Source of the DNA: Paramoeba atlantica
Lineage: Eukaryota; Protista; Discosea
Assembly: GCA_977017575.1 (NCBI GenBank)
Contig: CDRNVI010000040.1
Location: forward strand, 310,001 to 374,000
Direction of reading: 5' to 3'
Length of the DNA: 64,000 nucleotides
Shown here: positions 41,431 to 52,109 of the stretch, one piece after another
How positions within the stretch are numbered: the first letter of the stretch is position 1
Layout: every line of letters begins with the position of its first letter
The notes under the pieces: generated by a model
The model's input: the letters and a program-made list of their open reading frames with translations, nothing else
Database searches by the model: none
What the model was told of the DNA's origin: nothing
Position numbers and translations under genes: made by a program

Positions 41431-42444
41431 ATGGAACCTAGTCCCTATGTTCGGAGAAAGCCGAAAAATATAAAGACGAAACGAGCAGTAGATAAAAAAA
41501 TGCCTCTTTTGAACGAGAACCCAAAGCAAACTATGTATTTGCATGGGAAAAAAAGTAGCGCAGTCGATAAGGAAGTTTTAAACGCTATTTCAAAGCTTCA
41601 ATCGTCACAACACGCCGTCAAGCTACGAGATAATAACGATCTGGTGCCATTCGAACGCGTAGATTCATTGAACTTCCTTTCATTCCAAAACGACTGCAGT
41701 TTGTTCTGCTTCTCCCATCACAGCAAGAAAAGGCCACACGGTATTGTGCTTGGGAGACATCACAACTCTCAACTTCTTGATCTGGTCGAGCTTGGTCTTG
41801 CTAATTTTGAGCAAAAGCTCAAAGGTCTGAGGGGCTCACACGGCCACAAGCCAATATTATTGTTTTTGGGTGCTGCTTTTGAATTTTCCATTTTCCGCCG
41901 TTTGCAAAACCTGCTTTTGGATTTTTTCGGGGGCACGGCGGTGGAAAATTTAAACTTGTGTGGTGCGGACCGCGCGTTGGTACTTCACTTAGAATGCACA
42001 GCTGAGTTGGAAGACACTGAGCTACCCACAGAGAATCTAAAAATAGTTACTTTTCCCAAGGGTAAGGTTATCCTTTCTCTTCGACACGTAGCATTGTTAC
42101 CGAGTAGCGGAACGAAGACACTGAGTGTGACTTCCGATGATGGCTTGTTACTGCAGTTTGAAATCCGACGCCTTCGTTTCGCGAATGCAGCCTTTTTTAA
42201 AAGAGCATGCCGTCAACCCCGTCTGGCTAAAAGCTCCAAAGGGGTGCAACGCGATCGGCTTGGTGATCTTAAGGGCCAAGTTCACGTCGGTAAGCAAAAG
42301 GTGGATACTATGACGAAACGCCGTTTCAAGCACGAGAAGGAGAAAAAGCAGCACGCCGATGAGGAAATCACAATTTCGCTTGCCGACGCTGTTGGAAAGA
42401 GGCGAAAAAGCGAAGGAATTCCGAATCCAGCGGTGGATATTTAA
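41431..42444 (+). CDS. RPF2: Ribosome production factor 2 (Brix domain)
   Basis: NENPKQTM, NDCSLFCFSHHSKKRPHGIVLGR, DRLGDLKGQVHVGKQ; likely ATG 41431. Confidence 0.92.
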   Translation: MEPSPYVRRKPKNIKTKRAVDKKMPLLNENPKQTMYLHGKKSSAVDKEVLNAISKLQSSQHAVKLRDNNDLVPFERVDSLNFLSFQNDCSLFCFSHHSKKRPHGIVLGRHHNSQLLDLVELGLANFEQKLKGLRGSHGHKPILLFLGAAFEFSIFRRLQNLLLDFFGGTAVENLNLCGADRALVLHLECTAELEDTELPTENLKIVTFPKGKVILSLRHVALLPSSGTKTLSVTSDDGLLLQFEIRRLRFANAAFFKRACRQPRLAKSSKGVQRDRLGDLKGQVHVGKQKVDTMTKRRFKHEKEKKQHADEEITISLADAVGKRRKSEGIPNPAVDI

Positions 42445-42929
42445 TCCACTGAAGGAAGGTTGAAAATGAAGATTGCTCATGATACAGGAAACTTGTTTGA
42501 TTGTTATATCGTTTGTTTATTGGGAACGGCTGCAGTGGTATTCTTTTCCCTTCATACTGTTCATTTTTTCTGCACGTCTCTACATGTATCTCCTGCGTGA
42601 TATTTTTTGGTCGTTAATCAGTGATTCTCTTATCGTGAACGCATTTACAGAAATATGCATTCTAGTGCAATATAAATTACAACGTAATGAGTTCAACGTA
42701 TCTTTCCATTCAATCGTTTTCTGATCATTTTTTAAAACATTGAAGGATACCTTTTCTCTATTTTCGGCAGATTGATGCTAGCGTACGAATGCAGATAGAC
42801 AGGTCTTTATAACGAATTTTACGATAATATTCACTTCAAAAAACGAATTTTTTAGTAAACGATTTTCGTCCTACGGAGATTTTCTCATTCATTGTCTATG
42901 AATTCCCCCTCCCTCTAAAGTTGGTACAG

Positions 42930-43478
42930 ATGTCTAGTGAATGGCATTTGGTTTGTCGTGACGCAAGTTTATTGACTCATAGTCGGGAGCATATTGAACT
43001 AGAAGGCAGGATGCTTACGCTTCTTCATCACAGGGGGCAAATCTATTGCATAGATTCCATATGCTACCACGGAGGTGGACCTCTGGGCAGAGGTCCAATT
43101 CTTGATATTGAAGAGCTTGGTGCTCATGCAATACAGTGTCCTTGGCACAGCTACAACATCGATTTGCTCTCGGGGAGGAAAATTTTTAAGGGATGTCAAT
43201 ACCTAGAAGGAGTGCTCCGCGAGACAGGGTGGCAAATGGGGTCTCAATGTCAGCGAGTCCATGAGGTTGAAGTAGGAGCCGAGGGTTTCGTTTATGTACG
43301 TCTGAATCTAACAAGGAAAAATATTCCAAGTGATACCTATACCCGAGACCACAGTGTCCAAAATTTTAATCTCTGTAAAAAGTTGATGCAAACTACAAAG
43401 GATCAATCTACTTTCAAACTCCATTCTGGAAATGTTTTCAAGAAAGGTTTCTCGAGTGAAGCAGAACTGAAAAGGTAA
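42930..43478 (+). CDS. Soluble Rieske [2Fe-2S] domain protein (RFESD-like)
   Basis: CYHGGGPL (CxH) and CPWH (CxxH). Confidence 0.88.
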   Translation: MSSEWHLVCRDASLLTHSREHIELEGRMLTLLHHRGQIYCIDSICYHGGGPLGRGPILDIEELGAHAIQCPWHSYNIDLLSGRKIFKGCQYLEGVLRETGWQMGSQCQRVHEVEVGAEGFVYVRLNLTRKNIPSDTYTRDHSVQNFNLCKKLMQTTKDQSTFKLHSGNVFKKGFSSEAELKR

Positions 43479-43542
43479 GTTCGACTTATAGAATACCAAA
43501 CCTCGCTCGACAGAAGATCACACATGTGACTCGCGCGCCTTA

Positions 43543-44471
43543 TAAACCCCACACAGCGAATAAGTCACCCCCCTCTTTTTTTGGTACAACGAGACTTAGG
43601 GGGGTTGCGGCACCACATTTTCGTTCAAAATTTTGAGATCTGCACGTTCCCGCTGTTTTTAGACCTCTTCACAGATAAGAAATTAAAACTTATTTTTTTG
43701 ATGACGTTTTTACATAGTCATGTCAATATTACCTGAAAAATCTCATGTTCCTCGACCAGGGGGGAAGAAGGGGGTCAACATGAAAATGGCGTTACAGATC
43801 TTCGCTAGGGGAACGAGATTTCTCGTTTGCAACAAAAATGATCAAAAACAGATAACAAACATTCAATTTGTCACGTGGTGGAATATTTGTCTTTGATTGG
43901 TTCTTTCTTGAAACGGTGATAAATCAACTTTTTTAAGCTGTCCTCTTTACTTTTTGCTTGAAGGGGCCTAAGGGGGTTAAGATATCATTTTCTCGTTCAA
44001 AATTCTGAGATCTACACGTTCCCACCATTTTTAGATCATTTTAGAAACTGAAAAAGAATATTGTTTTTAGGTTCTATTTTTTTGCATCGTCATACCACAC
44101 TAATTTGAGAAAACAAACACTCCGCGGCCAGGGGGCACAAGTGGGTCAATATTAAAAAATGGCGGCAAAGCTCTTTGCTAGGAGAACGAGATTTCTCGTT
44201 TGCAACAAAAATCAGCAAAAACGGACAGAAATAATTGATTTCCTCATGGGAGGAGAATATTTAATTAGTTAAAGTGTGAGAAATTGGTCTCTTGAAAAAT
44301 GTGAAGAAAGTGATAATCCATCTATCGGATGCACGCATTTGAGAGTTTTGGTTCCATGCTTTAACGCGCAAAGTCTTTGTGCTGGGAACAGCAAAATGCA
44401 ACAAAACTGAGCTCAAACGGACACTTGGCTGAAAAGTTAGAGGGGGGTGACTTTTCGCTGTGGGGGGTTTA
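43543..44471 (+). mobile_element. Tc1-family MITE, 929 bp, with an internal ~372-bp tandem duplication
   Basis: TIR TAAACCCCACACAGCGAATAAGTCACCCCCCTC (1 mismatch, 1 indel vs right end); TA flanks at 43541-43542 and 44472-44473; units start near 43596 and 43968. Confidence 0.88.
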
Positions 44472-45197
44472 TAAACCAAAAACCTGCAACATACACTACA
44501 AATGTAGTCAAATAACGGTTCGTCACCCCCCTCACCATATTCTTGGTCACAAGATGTTCGGGTATATTAGTAGTACCGGTGTAATTCACGATGTGGTATG
44601 GGGGTACTCTTCTTGAGAGGTGTTTGCCTCCTATGCGTGTCGTCTGTTTTCTGCGTGTCGAATTTTTGTAGCCTGGGAACATTAAAATCTTGCACTTTGT
44701 AAAAGTATTTTATTTACCGAATCAAAAGTTTGTATAAATGTTCAAATGTTTCTATAAACGATATTGGTGTGACCATGTAAAAGAAAGAGGACCGCAGTCA
44801 AGTTATACTAAATCTGGTAGTTCTTTTCTCCACAATCTTCTAAAACATTGATACAGATATGAAATAACTTTTTTTAAGATACTTAAGTAGCGCATCTCGA
44901 TAAGTAGGTAGTGGTGGCATTGTTTTACATTCATTATGTGGGAGTAGAATATTCATTTCATTCATTTTTTAATTAATTCTTTTTTAATTTCATTCACATA
45001 TTTCGTTTTTCAAGTTTTGGAAATTGACAATTCACATTCATTATGTTATATTCTCAATGTATTGCATACCCAATGAGTTACACTTAATTGCTTTTACTCG
45101 AGATATTACGTCGTTCCAATTTGAATCTAGTTTCTCTACTCTACTATCCGACTTTTTCCTCCTCTTCTAGTTTGAATATTCGCTTATACTTCCAGTA

Positions 45198-46031
45198 ATG
45201 TACGGAAAATACTGTATTGATGACGGATTCGATTCACGTCGGGGTAAAGTCAACTCTATGTTGTTACCTCCAGAGGATATGCTCGAGAGCTTTATTTCCA
45301 ATTTAACTGTAAGGCATCAGTCTTGGCGTAAAGGTAAGAGGAACATGTTTGGACGTAAACAACGTGTATCCGTATGCAAATGGCTAGGAGTGACGTGTGA
45401 TATGGATCAAAATGTGAGAAGAATCGAATGGATTTCGTTTGATCTTCTCGGATCTTTACAGTGGGGGTCCTTACCTAATACCTTAGTTGCTTGTAATCTT
45501 TTCGATAACAAACTGGGCGGATTCGTCGTTCTTGGTTTTTTGCCACCAAATTTGCTATCCTTCACATTAACAAGCAATGCTTTTGTTGGGGAAATATCTC
45601 TAACTCATCTACCAAGCAAATTAGAGACTATTAGAATGACTGACAACCAATTTGTAGGAAGTGTAGATTTAACGAACCTGCCTTCCGGGTTAAAACATCT
45701 ATATCTCAACAAGAATAAGTTTTCTGGTACTGTCGATCTCTCTCACTTACCGGACTTGAAATATCTCTACCTATCCAGTAACAGGTTTACGGGGCCGCTT
45801 TCTCTGCGGCATTTGTCGGAATCGCTTGAGTTTGTTAGCTTTCACCACAATTATTTTTCTGGCTTAGTATTGTTTGACCAGCTTCCCAAAAGTTTGATAT
45901 TTTTGTCTGTGCGCAACAATAGAGATCTTTATGGTCAGATTGATAGTTCTGTGTTTCCTAAGAATTTAAGAGATATAGAACATCAGAACACAGAAATTCA
46001 ATTCAAATCCAAAGTTCGAAACAAGATATAA
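45198..46031 (+). CDS. Leucine-rich repeat protein (24-aa LP..L..L.L..N.F.G.VDL repeats)
   Basis: CKWLGVTC cap followed by 7-8 regular LRRs. Confidence 0.9.
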   Translation: MYGKYCIDDGFDSRRGKVNSMLLPPEDMLESFISNLTVRHQSWRKGKRNMFGRKQRVSVCKWLGVTCDMDQNVRRIEWISFDLLGSLQWGSLPNTLVACNLFDNKLGGFVVLGFLPPNLLSFTLTSNAFVGEISLTHLPSKLETIRMTDNQFVGSVDLTNLPSGLKHLYLNKNKFSGTVDLSHLPDLKYLYLSSNRFTGPLSLRHLSESLEFVSFHHNYFSGLVLFDQLPKSLIFLSVRNNRDLYGQIDSSVFPKNLRDIEHQNTEIQFKSKVRNKI

Positions 46032-46326
46032 ATCAGCATTAATACGTGTATGCGATGGAAAACAAACCAAGAACAGCAAGGAATTCCTCCGCCAACGTAA
46101 TTTCGCAATGAATAGAACAATTAATATTTGGACTAGCTGCGAAATCATAGTGGACCAAAAAACAATTTATTACAAGCAAACATACCTGTATGTAGTGCAG
46201 CATATACAGATATGTAGTGCGCGAAATAAAGTATATGGAGATTAAAGTCTCGCACCACTATTGAGAATCTTACATCTGGAAGCCTACGCAAATTTGGCTA
46301 AAAGCTGGTTTTATACCTTTTCTCTC

Positions 46327-46518
46327 TATAAGTGGAAAACTATTAATCATACTAATAAGTCACACTGTGCAACAGGTATCAACACCAACACGGTAGAGTG
46401 CGTCAACTCTATGGCAAAAGAGCGACTGAAGCAAGATGGTGATGTTCTGGGTCGGAAATTGGCAAAGAACCGGGATCGAATACAAGATTACGCGGCATGT
46501 ACGCCGAAGGAAGTTTGA
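46327..46518 (+). pseudogene. Merlin transposase C-terminal relic
   Basis: YKWKTINH...GINTNTVECVNSMAKERL...LGR aligns with YQWDSVIH...GVHTNTVEGANSMLKRTL...LGR of the 17944-18900 transposase. Confidence 0.8.
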
Positions 46519-46560
46519 AGCGTGGTGGGGGTGATAGATTGGAGACTGTGCAGCTAACCG

Positions 46561-46640
46561 GTGCCATCTCGTGCCGTCTTGTGCCAATTCATGCCAACTC
46601 ATGCCAATTCGTGCCAACTCATGCCAATTCATGCCAACCA
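46561..46640 (+). repeat. 10-bp tandem array (RTGCCAAYTC) x8
   Basis: Eight in-register units read directly. Confidence 0.95.
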
Positions 46641-46794
46641 GAACTGGGAATAATGAGAGATTGTTTAGGGATACAGAGATCACATGCATTTTTTTATACC
46701 CTGCACCTCAATTTCTCTCCACGGAATATCCATAACAATATAGTAATAACTTAATAATATGAGGGATGAAACTAGATTTTTCCTTCATGCAGTA

Positions 46795-47329
46795 TTACTC
46801 GAGCGCCCCCTCGTCGGTGCTATCATCATCGTCTATAACTATGGGGGTCCATTGTCCCTTAAAGAATGAATGTAAAGTCGTATGTTGCGGTGCTGGGGCG
46901 TCGGGCTGGGGGTAACGCTTGCGCTGTGTTTCACAAGCAGATTTTGGATTGAATGACGCGTTTCTCCTCAGTTGTCAAAAATCGAGGAAACTTCCCACCC
47001 CATTCGTAGCGCAGGTAAGCTTCTAGGCTATGTATAATGAGGGCTGCTTTGAAGCAGTCTCCTAGCAAATCAAAAGAATACGTCCAATTTTTTAGTGCCA
47101 GCCATCGGCCAATGAAAGTTCGGCCAAAAACATGCTCAATGCGTGAATGTAGGGCATCAAGTCGAACACCACAAACGTCAAGTTCAGAAAACTTTTTGAT
47201 TGTATTATTTATGAATTTACACATATTATTGTAATAGAGTATTATAAATAACGTCGGTTTTTTGGTTAAAGACTTCACAACTAGCTTCACAACTTCGAAC
47301 TTAACATCACTTACGGAAATTAAACTAAA
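46795..47329 (-). pseudogene. Possible PIF/Harbinger- or IS5-like transposase C-terminal relic
   Basis: HSRIEHVFGR...RWLAL...AALIIHSL resembles the R..E.FG...RW...LHN block; frameshift near 46931, then an acidic tail; upstream catalytic Asp motifs not found. Confidence 0.3.
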
Positions 47330-48126
47330 TTAATACTTTCCACATGAACTTTCGCCTTTCTATCCTCTTCCTTCTTAGCCTTCGCACTATTCTCCACAGT
47401 GACGTGAAGAACCGGTGGGCCTCTCTTCCGTTTATCATGAAGAATGACGGCTCCGAGCTGCAGAAGCTTTGTCGCCGCAACTTCTGGAACATCTTCTTCC
47501 CAACAGGTTGATTCGACGTACTCCTTGGCCTTTTCCACATAGGTCAAGCGTACCCGGAACTTCTCTTCATGCACGGACAGCTTCTCGATGATTCTAGACT
47601 TTAGATCGGACCGAATCGTCACACGTCTTCGATTCAAATCTCCGACAAAGCTATTCCAAAAGTTTTTTAATACTGTCGCCATGTCACGTTCGTCTTTAGA
47701 ACTCACAGACAATCGGAACTTTTTGGCGTAGTTAATGCCTGCCCGCAAAAACTTAGTTCCGTCATCAGCCCAGTCAATGCTGGATTTGCTCGCAATCAGG
47801 GCATACGCCACATGCGAAAAAGTAAATCGCAACCCCAAAACAGTCTTCCGAAAGAATTGGCTGGATGTGCACTTTACTGATTCAAGGCCCAGATCGGATG
47901 AAAATAACTCCTGAAGGAGGGGAGGAGAAAATGATTCAACGACTTGTGATTGTCCACAAGTCGCACAAACATCAGAACCGTTGAATACCCCATACTGCAA
48001 GCATTGCACACATACATCTCTGTGCTGCTCGGAATCGACACACCATTTGCAATAAACACAAAATGATGATCGACCTTCGGTGGGAAGAGTGAACGGTGTC
48101 ATTTTCTGACATTTTCCTTCGCACAT
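47320..48126 (-). CDS. Orphan antisense ORF with Cys-rich N-terminus
   Basis: 268 aa, ATG start, CxxCxxC/CxxC/CxxC; no long ORF on the opposite strand that would explain it as a shadow. Confidence 0.55.
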   Translation of the reverse strand: MCEGKCQKMTPFTLPTEGRSSFCVYCKWCVDSEQHRDVCVQCLQYGVFNGSDVCATCGQSQVVESFSPPLLQELFSSDLGLESVKCTSSQFFRKTVLGLRFTFSHVAYALIASKSSIDWADDGTKFLRAGINYAKKFRLSVSSKDERDMATVLKNFWNSFVGDLNRRRVTIRSDLKSRIIEKLSVHEEKFRVRLTYVEKAKEYVESTCWEEDVPEVAATKLLQLGAVILHDKRKRGPPVLHVTVENSAKAKKEEDRKAKVHVESINLV

Positions 48127-48289
48127 CTGGCGACAGATTGATGCTTGGAATGATATAAGTGATGTGGTGCAAAGAATAAAAAAACTTGAATACCGAATTC
48201 TTTAGATGACTTTTAACGAATATACATTTGTAACTAAACTTTGCAGAACGCACCGAAAAAAGATTTAAATTGGCTGATAAAACAAAAAT

Positions 48290-48339
48290 ATGGTTACTCA
48301 TGCCAACTCATGCTAACTTGTGCCAATTCATGCCAACCA
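48290..48339 (+). repeat. 10-bp tandem array (RTGCCAAYTC) x4-5
   Basis: Same unit and orientation as 46561-46640; both end in ATGCCAACCA. Confidence 0.9.
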
Positions 48340-48599
48340 AGACTTGCACAGTCTCCATTGCTTCAAGATTTAAAAAATTTAACGGAGCACTGTGTTTACG
48401 TTCTTTTAACAACACGCACTCAAAAAATAGTAAAGGAACGTCCTGAGTTAAACGGAACGTCTTTGCCTAAGTTAAAGTACACTCAAAGCGACATGCAGAT
48501 ATTTAAAATTTTGTTTATGTTTATCAATTTATCCCATCTCTCTTATTCGACGCATGAAATGATATCGCAATTTCTTTGAAACAGGCGGCGTATCATACG

Positions 48600-49730
48600 A
48601 TGTGTTCGAAACGCTATCGTAGTCTGTGTGCTGTATCTAGAAGTTTATCGAAGTTACTACGCTTGGCACAATCCGAAAAATATAAGCCACAAAGTTCCAA
48701 TTTTCCAGGACACGAGGTCGTAACAGAAGAGTCCCGAATGTTGCACACCGCTCTCGAAAAATTAATTCTCAGTCGCAACGATCCTCGGGCGAGGCTTGAA
48801 GTGTTCCGTCTTTTACCACGCTCGCTCACATATTGCGTGACGACTCCTCGGGGTAAGTACGATCCTCTTATGATATTTCCTCAGCTGTTTACATTTGAAA
48901 CGTCGCAAACTTCGGAGATGAATGCCGGACGTCAGGAATTGGAACCTACAGGAAAGATTCCGGAAACAGATCGTCGATTTGCTGTCCCTTTGTTTACTTC
49001 TTTTCCACTCCTGGAACACTTTGCACGACGTCTTCGGTGCGTGGTTCGGGGCCCTGATGACGCTCTTTGGGTAGATGGCACAGTTCTTTGTCAGCCCTCA
49101 CTGGAGAAACCGCCCACGGCTGCTCCCTCTACCCTCTCGACCCCCACCGAGCCCGATTTAATGCAGGAAGGGTTGAGCTACCGCATACGCCCCCTCTTTC
49201 CGTTTGGCCCCCCCACAACGCCCTACCTCGTCGGCTGCTTTGCGGCGTATAAAGATTTAATGCCACATATTCAAATCTTCCCCGACAGCACGGATCTTGT
49301 GCTTAACTTAGGAACCCCCCTGGAGTGGCACATTAAGCGTCCCGTCGCAAACGAGCTGCAGCTGGAGAACAACATCGACGCCACCATCTATCACGAGATT
49401 GCTCGTGCCGTGTGCACGTCCCTCTCCCGGTTCTTCCACCTGTACTGCCCAGAGGTGCGGGAGGGGAAGTACTGTGTGATGCCACAGGGGGAGCGCAGTG
49501 GCCCGGAGGCCTCCGACCACCTCTACACGATTTTTATACACTACCGCTCCGATGAGGCGTGGAGCACAAAGAGGAAGGTGGAGGAGGGCCAGCAACGCGC
49601 GCAGTGGGTCGGTCATCCCTGTGTGCGGGTTCTGGAGAGCGACTCCGCGACACAGTTACTCCATGAGGCCTCGGAGGTGTTTTATGTGCCACCACCGCGG
49701 GAGGTGGGGTTTCGAACGGTTGTGGGGTAA
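48600..49730 (+). CDS. Hypothetical protein, possibly mitochondrial (weak SseB-like segment)
   Basis: Arg/Ser-rich N-terminus; FAVPLFTS segment; first ATG 48600. Confidence 0.7.
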   Translation: MCSKRYRSLCAVSRSLSKLLRLAQSEKYKPQSSNFPGHEVVTEESRMLHTALEKLILSRNDPRARLEVFRLLPRSLTYCVTTPRGKYDPLMIFPQLFTFETSQTSEMNAGRQELEPTGKIPETDRRFAVPLFTSFPLLEHFARRLRCVVRGPDDALWVDGTVLCQPSLEKPPTAAPSTLSTPTEPDLMQEGLSYRIRPLFPFGPPTTPYLVGCFAAYKDLMPHIQIFPDSTDLVLNLGTPLEWHIKRPVANELQLENNIDATIYHEIARAVCTSLSRFFHLYCPEVREGKYCVMPQGERSGPEASDHLYTIFIHYRSDEAWSTKRKVEEGQQRAQWVGHPCVRVLESDSATQLLHEASEVFYVPPPREVGFRTVVG

Positions 49731-49750
49731 AAAGGATGGTGATGACGATT
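49090..49750. other. C-rich to G-rich skew-switch island 3 (weaker)
   Basis: C-rich ~49090-49450, G-rich ~49460-49740. Confidence 0.65.
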
Positions 49751-49855
49751 GATAAAAGGGATTAAGGTAAGCATTGGTGAGTATTAAAACGATTCGACGG
49801 TACGATAAACATTATTTCATTGAGTCTTTCTTCTTTCACTTATTGTGTCACTTGT

Positions 49856-50347
49856 ATGTTGCGAAAAAGTCTAGAACTTTTGAAAAAGAAAGCTGAATCG
49901 CTAGCTCATGAAACAAAGCCTATCAATGTAAAGACTAAGAAAGCTAAGATTTATAGGGCGAACATCGTGCCTTCATCCAAACAACCGAAGAATGTACCTG
50001 CGACACCAGTAGCCTCCTCCCCCTTAAAGGATCTTCCCAATATGAGTGAAGAGACGTACAACGCCAATCTCGAAATAATACGACAATTGTCTCTTCGGGG
50101 TTGTCGCGCCTTAGCTATCCTGATTGTAGGGCTATGCGTTCTGTATTATGTGAAACCCAAGACGTGCCCTAAGCAATGCAAATTAAAGGAAAAATGTAAA
50201 GGCGCGAATACCTCAGATTCCAACGGTTTCATGGAAAAAGCAGAAAATGCGTCTGCGAAATATTTACAGGAAATGTCAGAAGCGGGTTGGCCCGTGGATG
50301 ATAAAGATCTCGAGTCGGTCAAAAGTACATCTGTGTCGATAAGGTAA
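49856..50347 (+). CDS. Small protein with one hydrophobic segment
   Basis: ALAILIVGLCVLYYV transmembrane-like stretch; first ATG 49856. Confidence 0.6.
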   Translation: MLRKSLELLKKKAESLAHETKPINVKTKKAKIYRANIVPSSKQPKNVPATPVASSPLKDLPNMSEETYNANLEIIRQLSLRGCRALAILIVGLCVLYYVKPKTCPKQCKLKEKCKGANTSDSNGFMEKAENASAKYLQEMSEAGWPVDDKDLESVKSTSVSIR

Positions 50348-50759
50348 TTTTTTCCAGATCAATGTGGGGGCATACACGTAAATCGATGTACATAAGCCTA
50401 TTGACAAGCATGATACGATTCGTTATATTTTAATAGATTGGCAGGCATCGCGGTGGACTTTTTTGCCATGTTTGTGTCACTCATTGTACATATGCATTCG
50501 GGGGGTTGAAACTGGTGCGCCTGGGAGCGCACCTCATCTTTTATTGCGGGGGTTTCACTGATAAAAACGAATACGATTAAAATTATGTAACGCAATTGAA
50601 TAAACGAATTGTGATAAGCTCTAAAATACGTGCATTTTTGTACATACCCTTTGACGATGTACTTTAACAACAGCTTGTTATCGTCACCGCGCGTACTCTA
50701 TCTGGTAACTTGGGTTAGCCTTTTCAGACGTTGACATTCGATGTTGATTGTCATACTGT

Positions 50760-51700
50760 TTACTCAGCCACGAGCTTCCCGTCAAATGCCTTGTACTGAG
50801 GCGAGTACATGTAGTGTGGACGAGTACATACAGTGTAGGAGGAAGAACATGTATTCCATAGGGCCGACATATAGACCTCACATAACAGGACGTGTTCTCC
50901 CTTCATCCGGTCAATTCCAGCGTCAATAGCTGTTCCAAAAGTCTGCATTCTTATCGACATCCGAATTAAGAATATCACACAGTTCATCGGCGAGAATTGA
51001 TTCACATTTGTGAAGTTTTCCGGTCTTTTTGCGGAAAAAGGTAAGAAACTGTTCGATGGTAATATTTGGCGGCCATTGCTCCAGGAGCGACCGAACAAAA
51101 ATGAGAAATTGCTGAGAAGGAGTGCTCATGAGAGCAAACGTGATGGTCACTATTCGCGTCGCGTAAAGTTCGTCTTCCTATTCAACGCGACATTGGAACA
51201 CCTATTCACACAAGTTCCTATTCACACGACATGGGAACACAAAAAGAAGCGCGTATGCCCGCCCTTTCAAAAATCGAGGGTAGAGCGGTGCTTTCAACCA
51301 CCGCAATGGCTTTGTTCTTCGTTCATTGTTGTGTTAATCGCAATCCGAAGCGGACCTCGGAGCACTGAAAAAGCAATAAGAGTGGAAGAAAATAAAAAGC
51401 ATATAAGCGCTTCAGATGCTTCCGGAAGGGTACGTGTGGTAAAATGCATTTCTCTCACAGTCGGGTGGATTTTTTTGCTTCCGCTAGTTCCTCACGAGGA
51501 CATTTCGTCTTCTCTGCATGTTGATGCACTTTATTTTTTAAAGCAAGGTATTCTTCCTTGTGCATCACTGTCCCTATTCCTTCCTTCCAGACGCTGTGCA
51601 TTAGCTTTACGTGTTCGATGAGCGCAAAGTGAGATAGGCAGTGCTGTTTTCCGGCAGTGCGACTCCACAAGTCGAGCTATCGTGGGAGCTTTGTTGCCGA
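50760..51700 (-). pseudogene. Degenerate hAT transposase relic related to 35482-38099
   Basis: FGTAIDAGIDRMKGEHVLLCEVYMS...MYSPQYKAFDGKLVAE aligns with FGVAVDAGVDSVLNEHVLVGVVYVS...MYHPKRKAFNGKETAE; frameshift at ~50940; multiple stops. Confidence 0.75.
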
Positions 51701-52109
51701 TGTAACTGGCCGAGGTAAACTTATCTAGTATCCACCAAGTCGCACCGCCAAGCTTCGGAGAAGCATGAACAGGAGCTTTGTGCACCTTACCGATCTTCCA
51801 AAACGCTCCGGGACCAGCATCTTTAAGACCTCATACTTTTTATCATACCATGTATGTTGCTGTCGAAGTCAGGGCTTCATAAAGTTCCATTACGGGCGTT
51901 TCAACAAAAAGCTTCAAAAGGGAAACTGCGCTTGTTAGGAAATTTAAAAATAATCCTTCTCGTGATCCCCTAAGCTGTGACCCACCAAAAGGCTGTAGTA
52001 CGACTCAATAGTTTTGGCGGCCTTCTGTACATCGTCATCAATTTCCTGGTCAGATTGAACCAAGTTTGCACGCTTTTCAAAAATTCTCTTAAAAGTAACT
52101 AAATATCAA

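Noticed and set aside
44497-44535. TA-CAAATGTAGTCAAATAACGGTTCGTCACCCCCC as a Tc1 left end
   Set aside because: No matching right end in the window; may be a solo remnant
46561-48339. 10-bp arrays as a CRISPR array
   Set aside because: Contiguous 10-mers with no spacers and no cas genes; eukaryotic context
51010-51621. 203-aa + strand ORF as a gene
   Set aside because: GTG start, no motif, antisense to the hAT relic
51531-51785. PKLGGA as a non-LTR reverse-transcriptase thumb motif
   Set aside because: No other RT motifs; the region is better explained by the hAT relic
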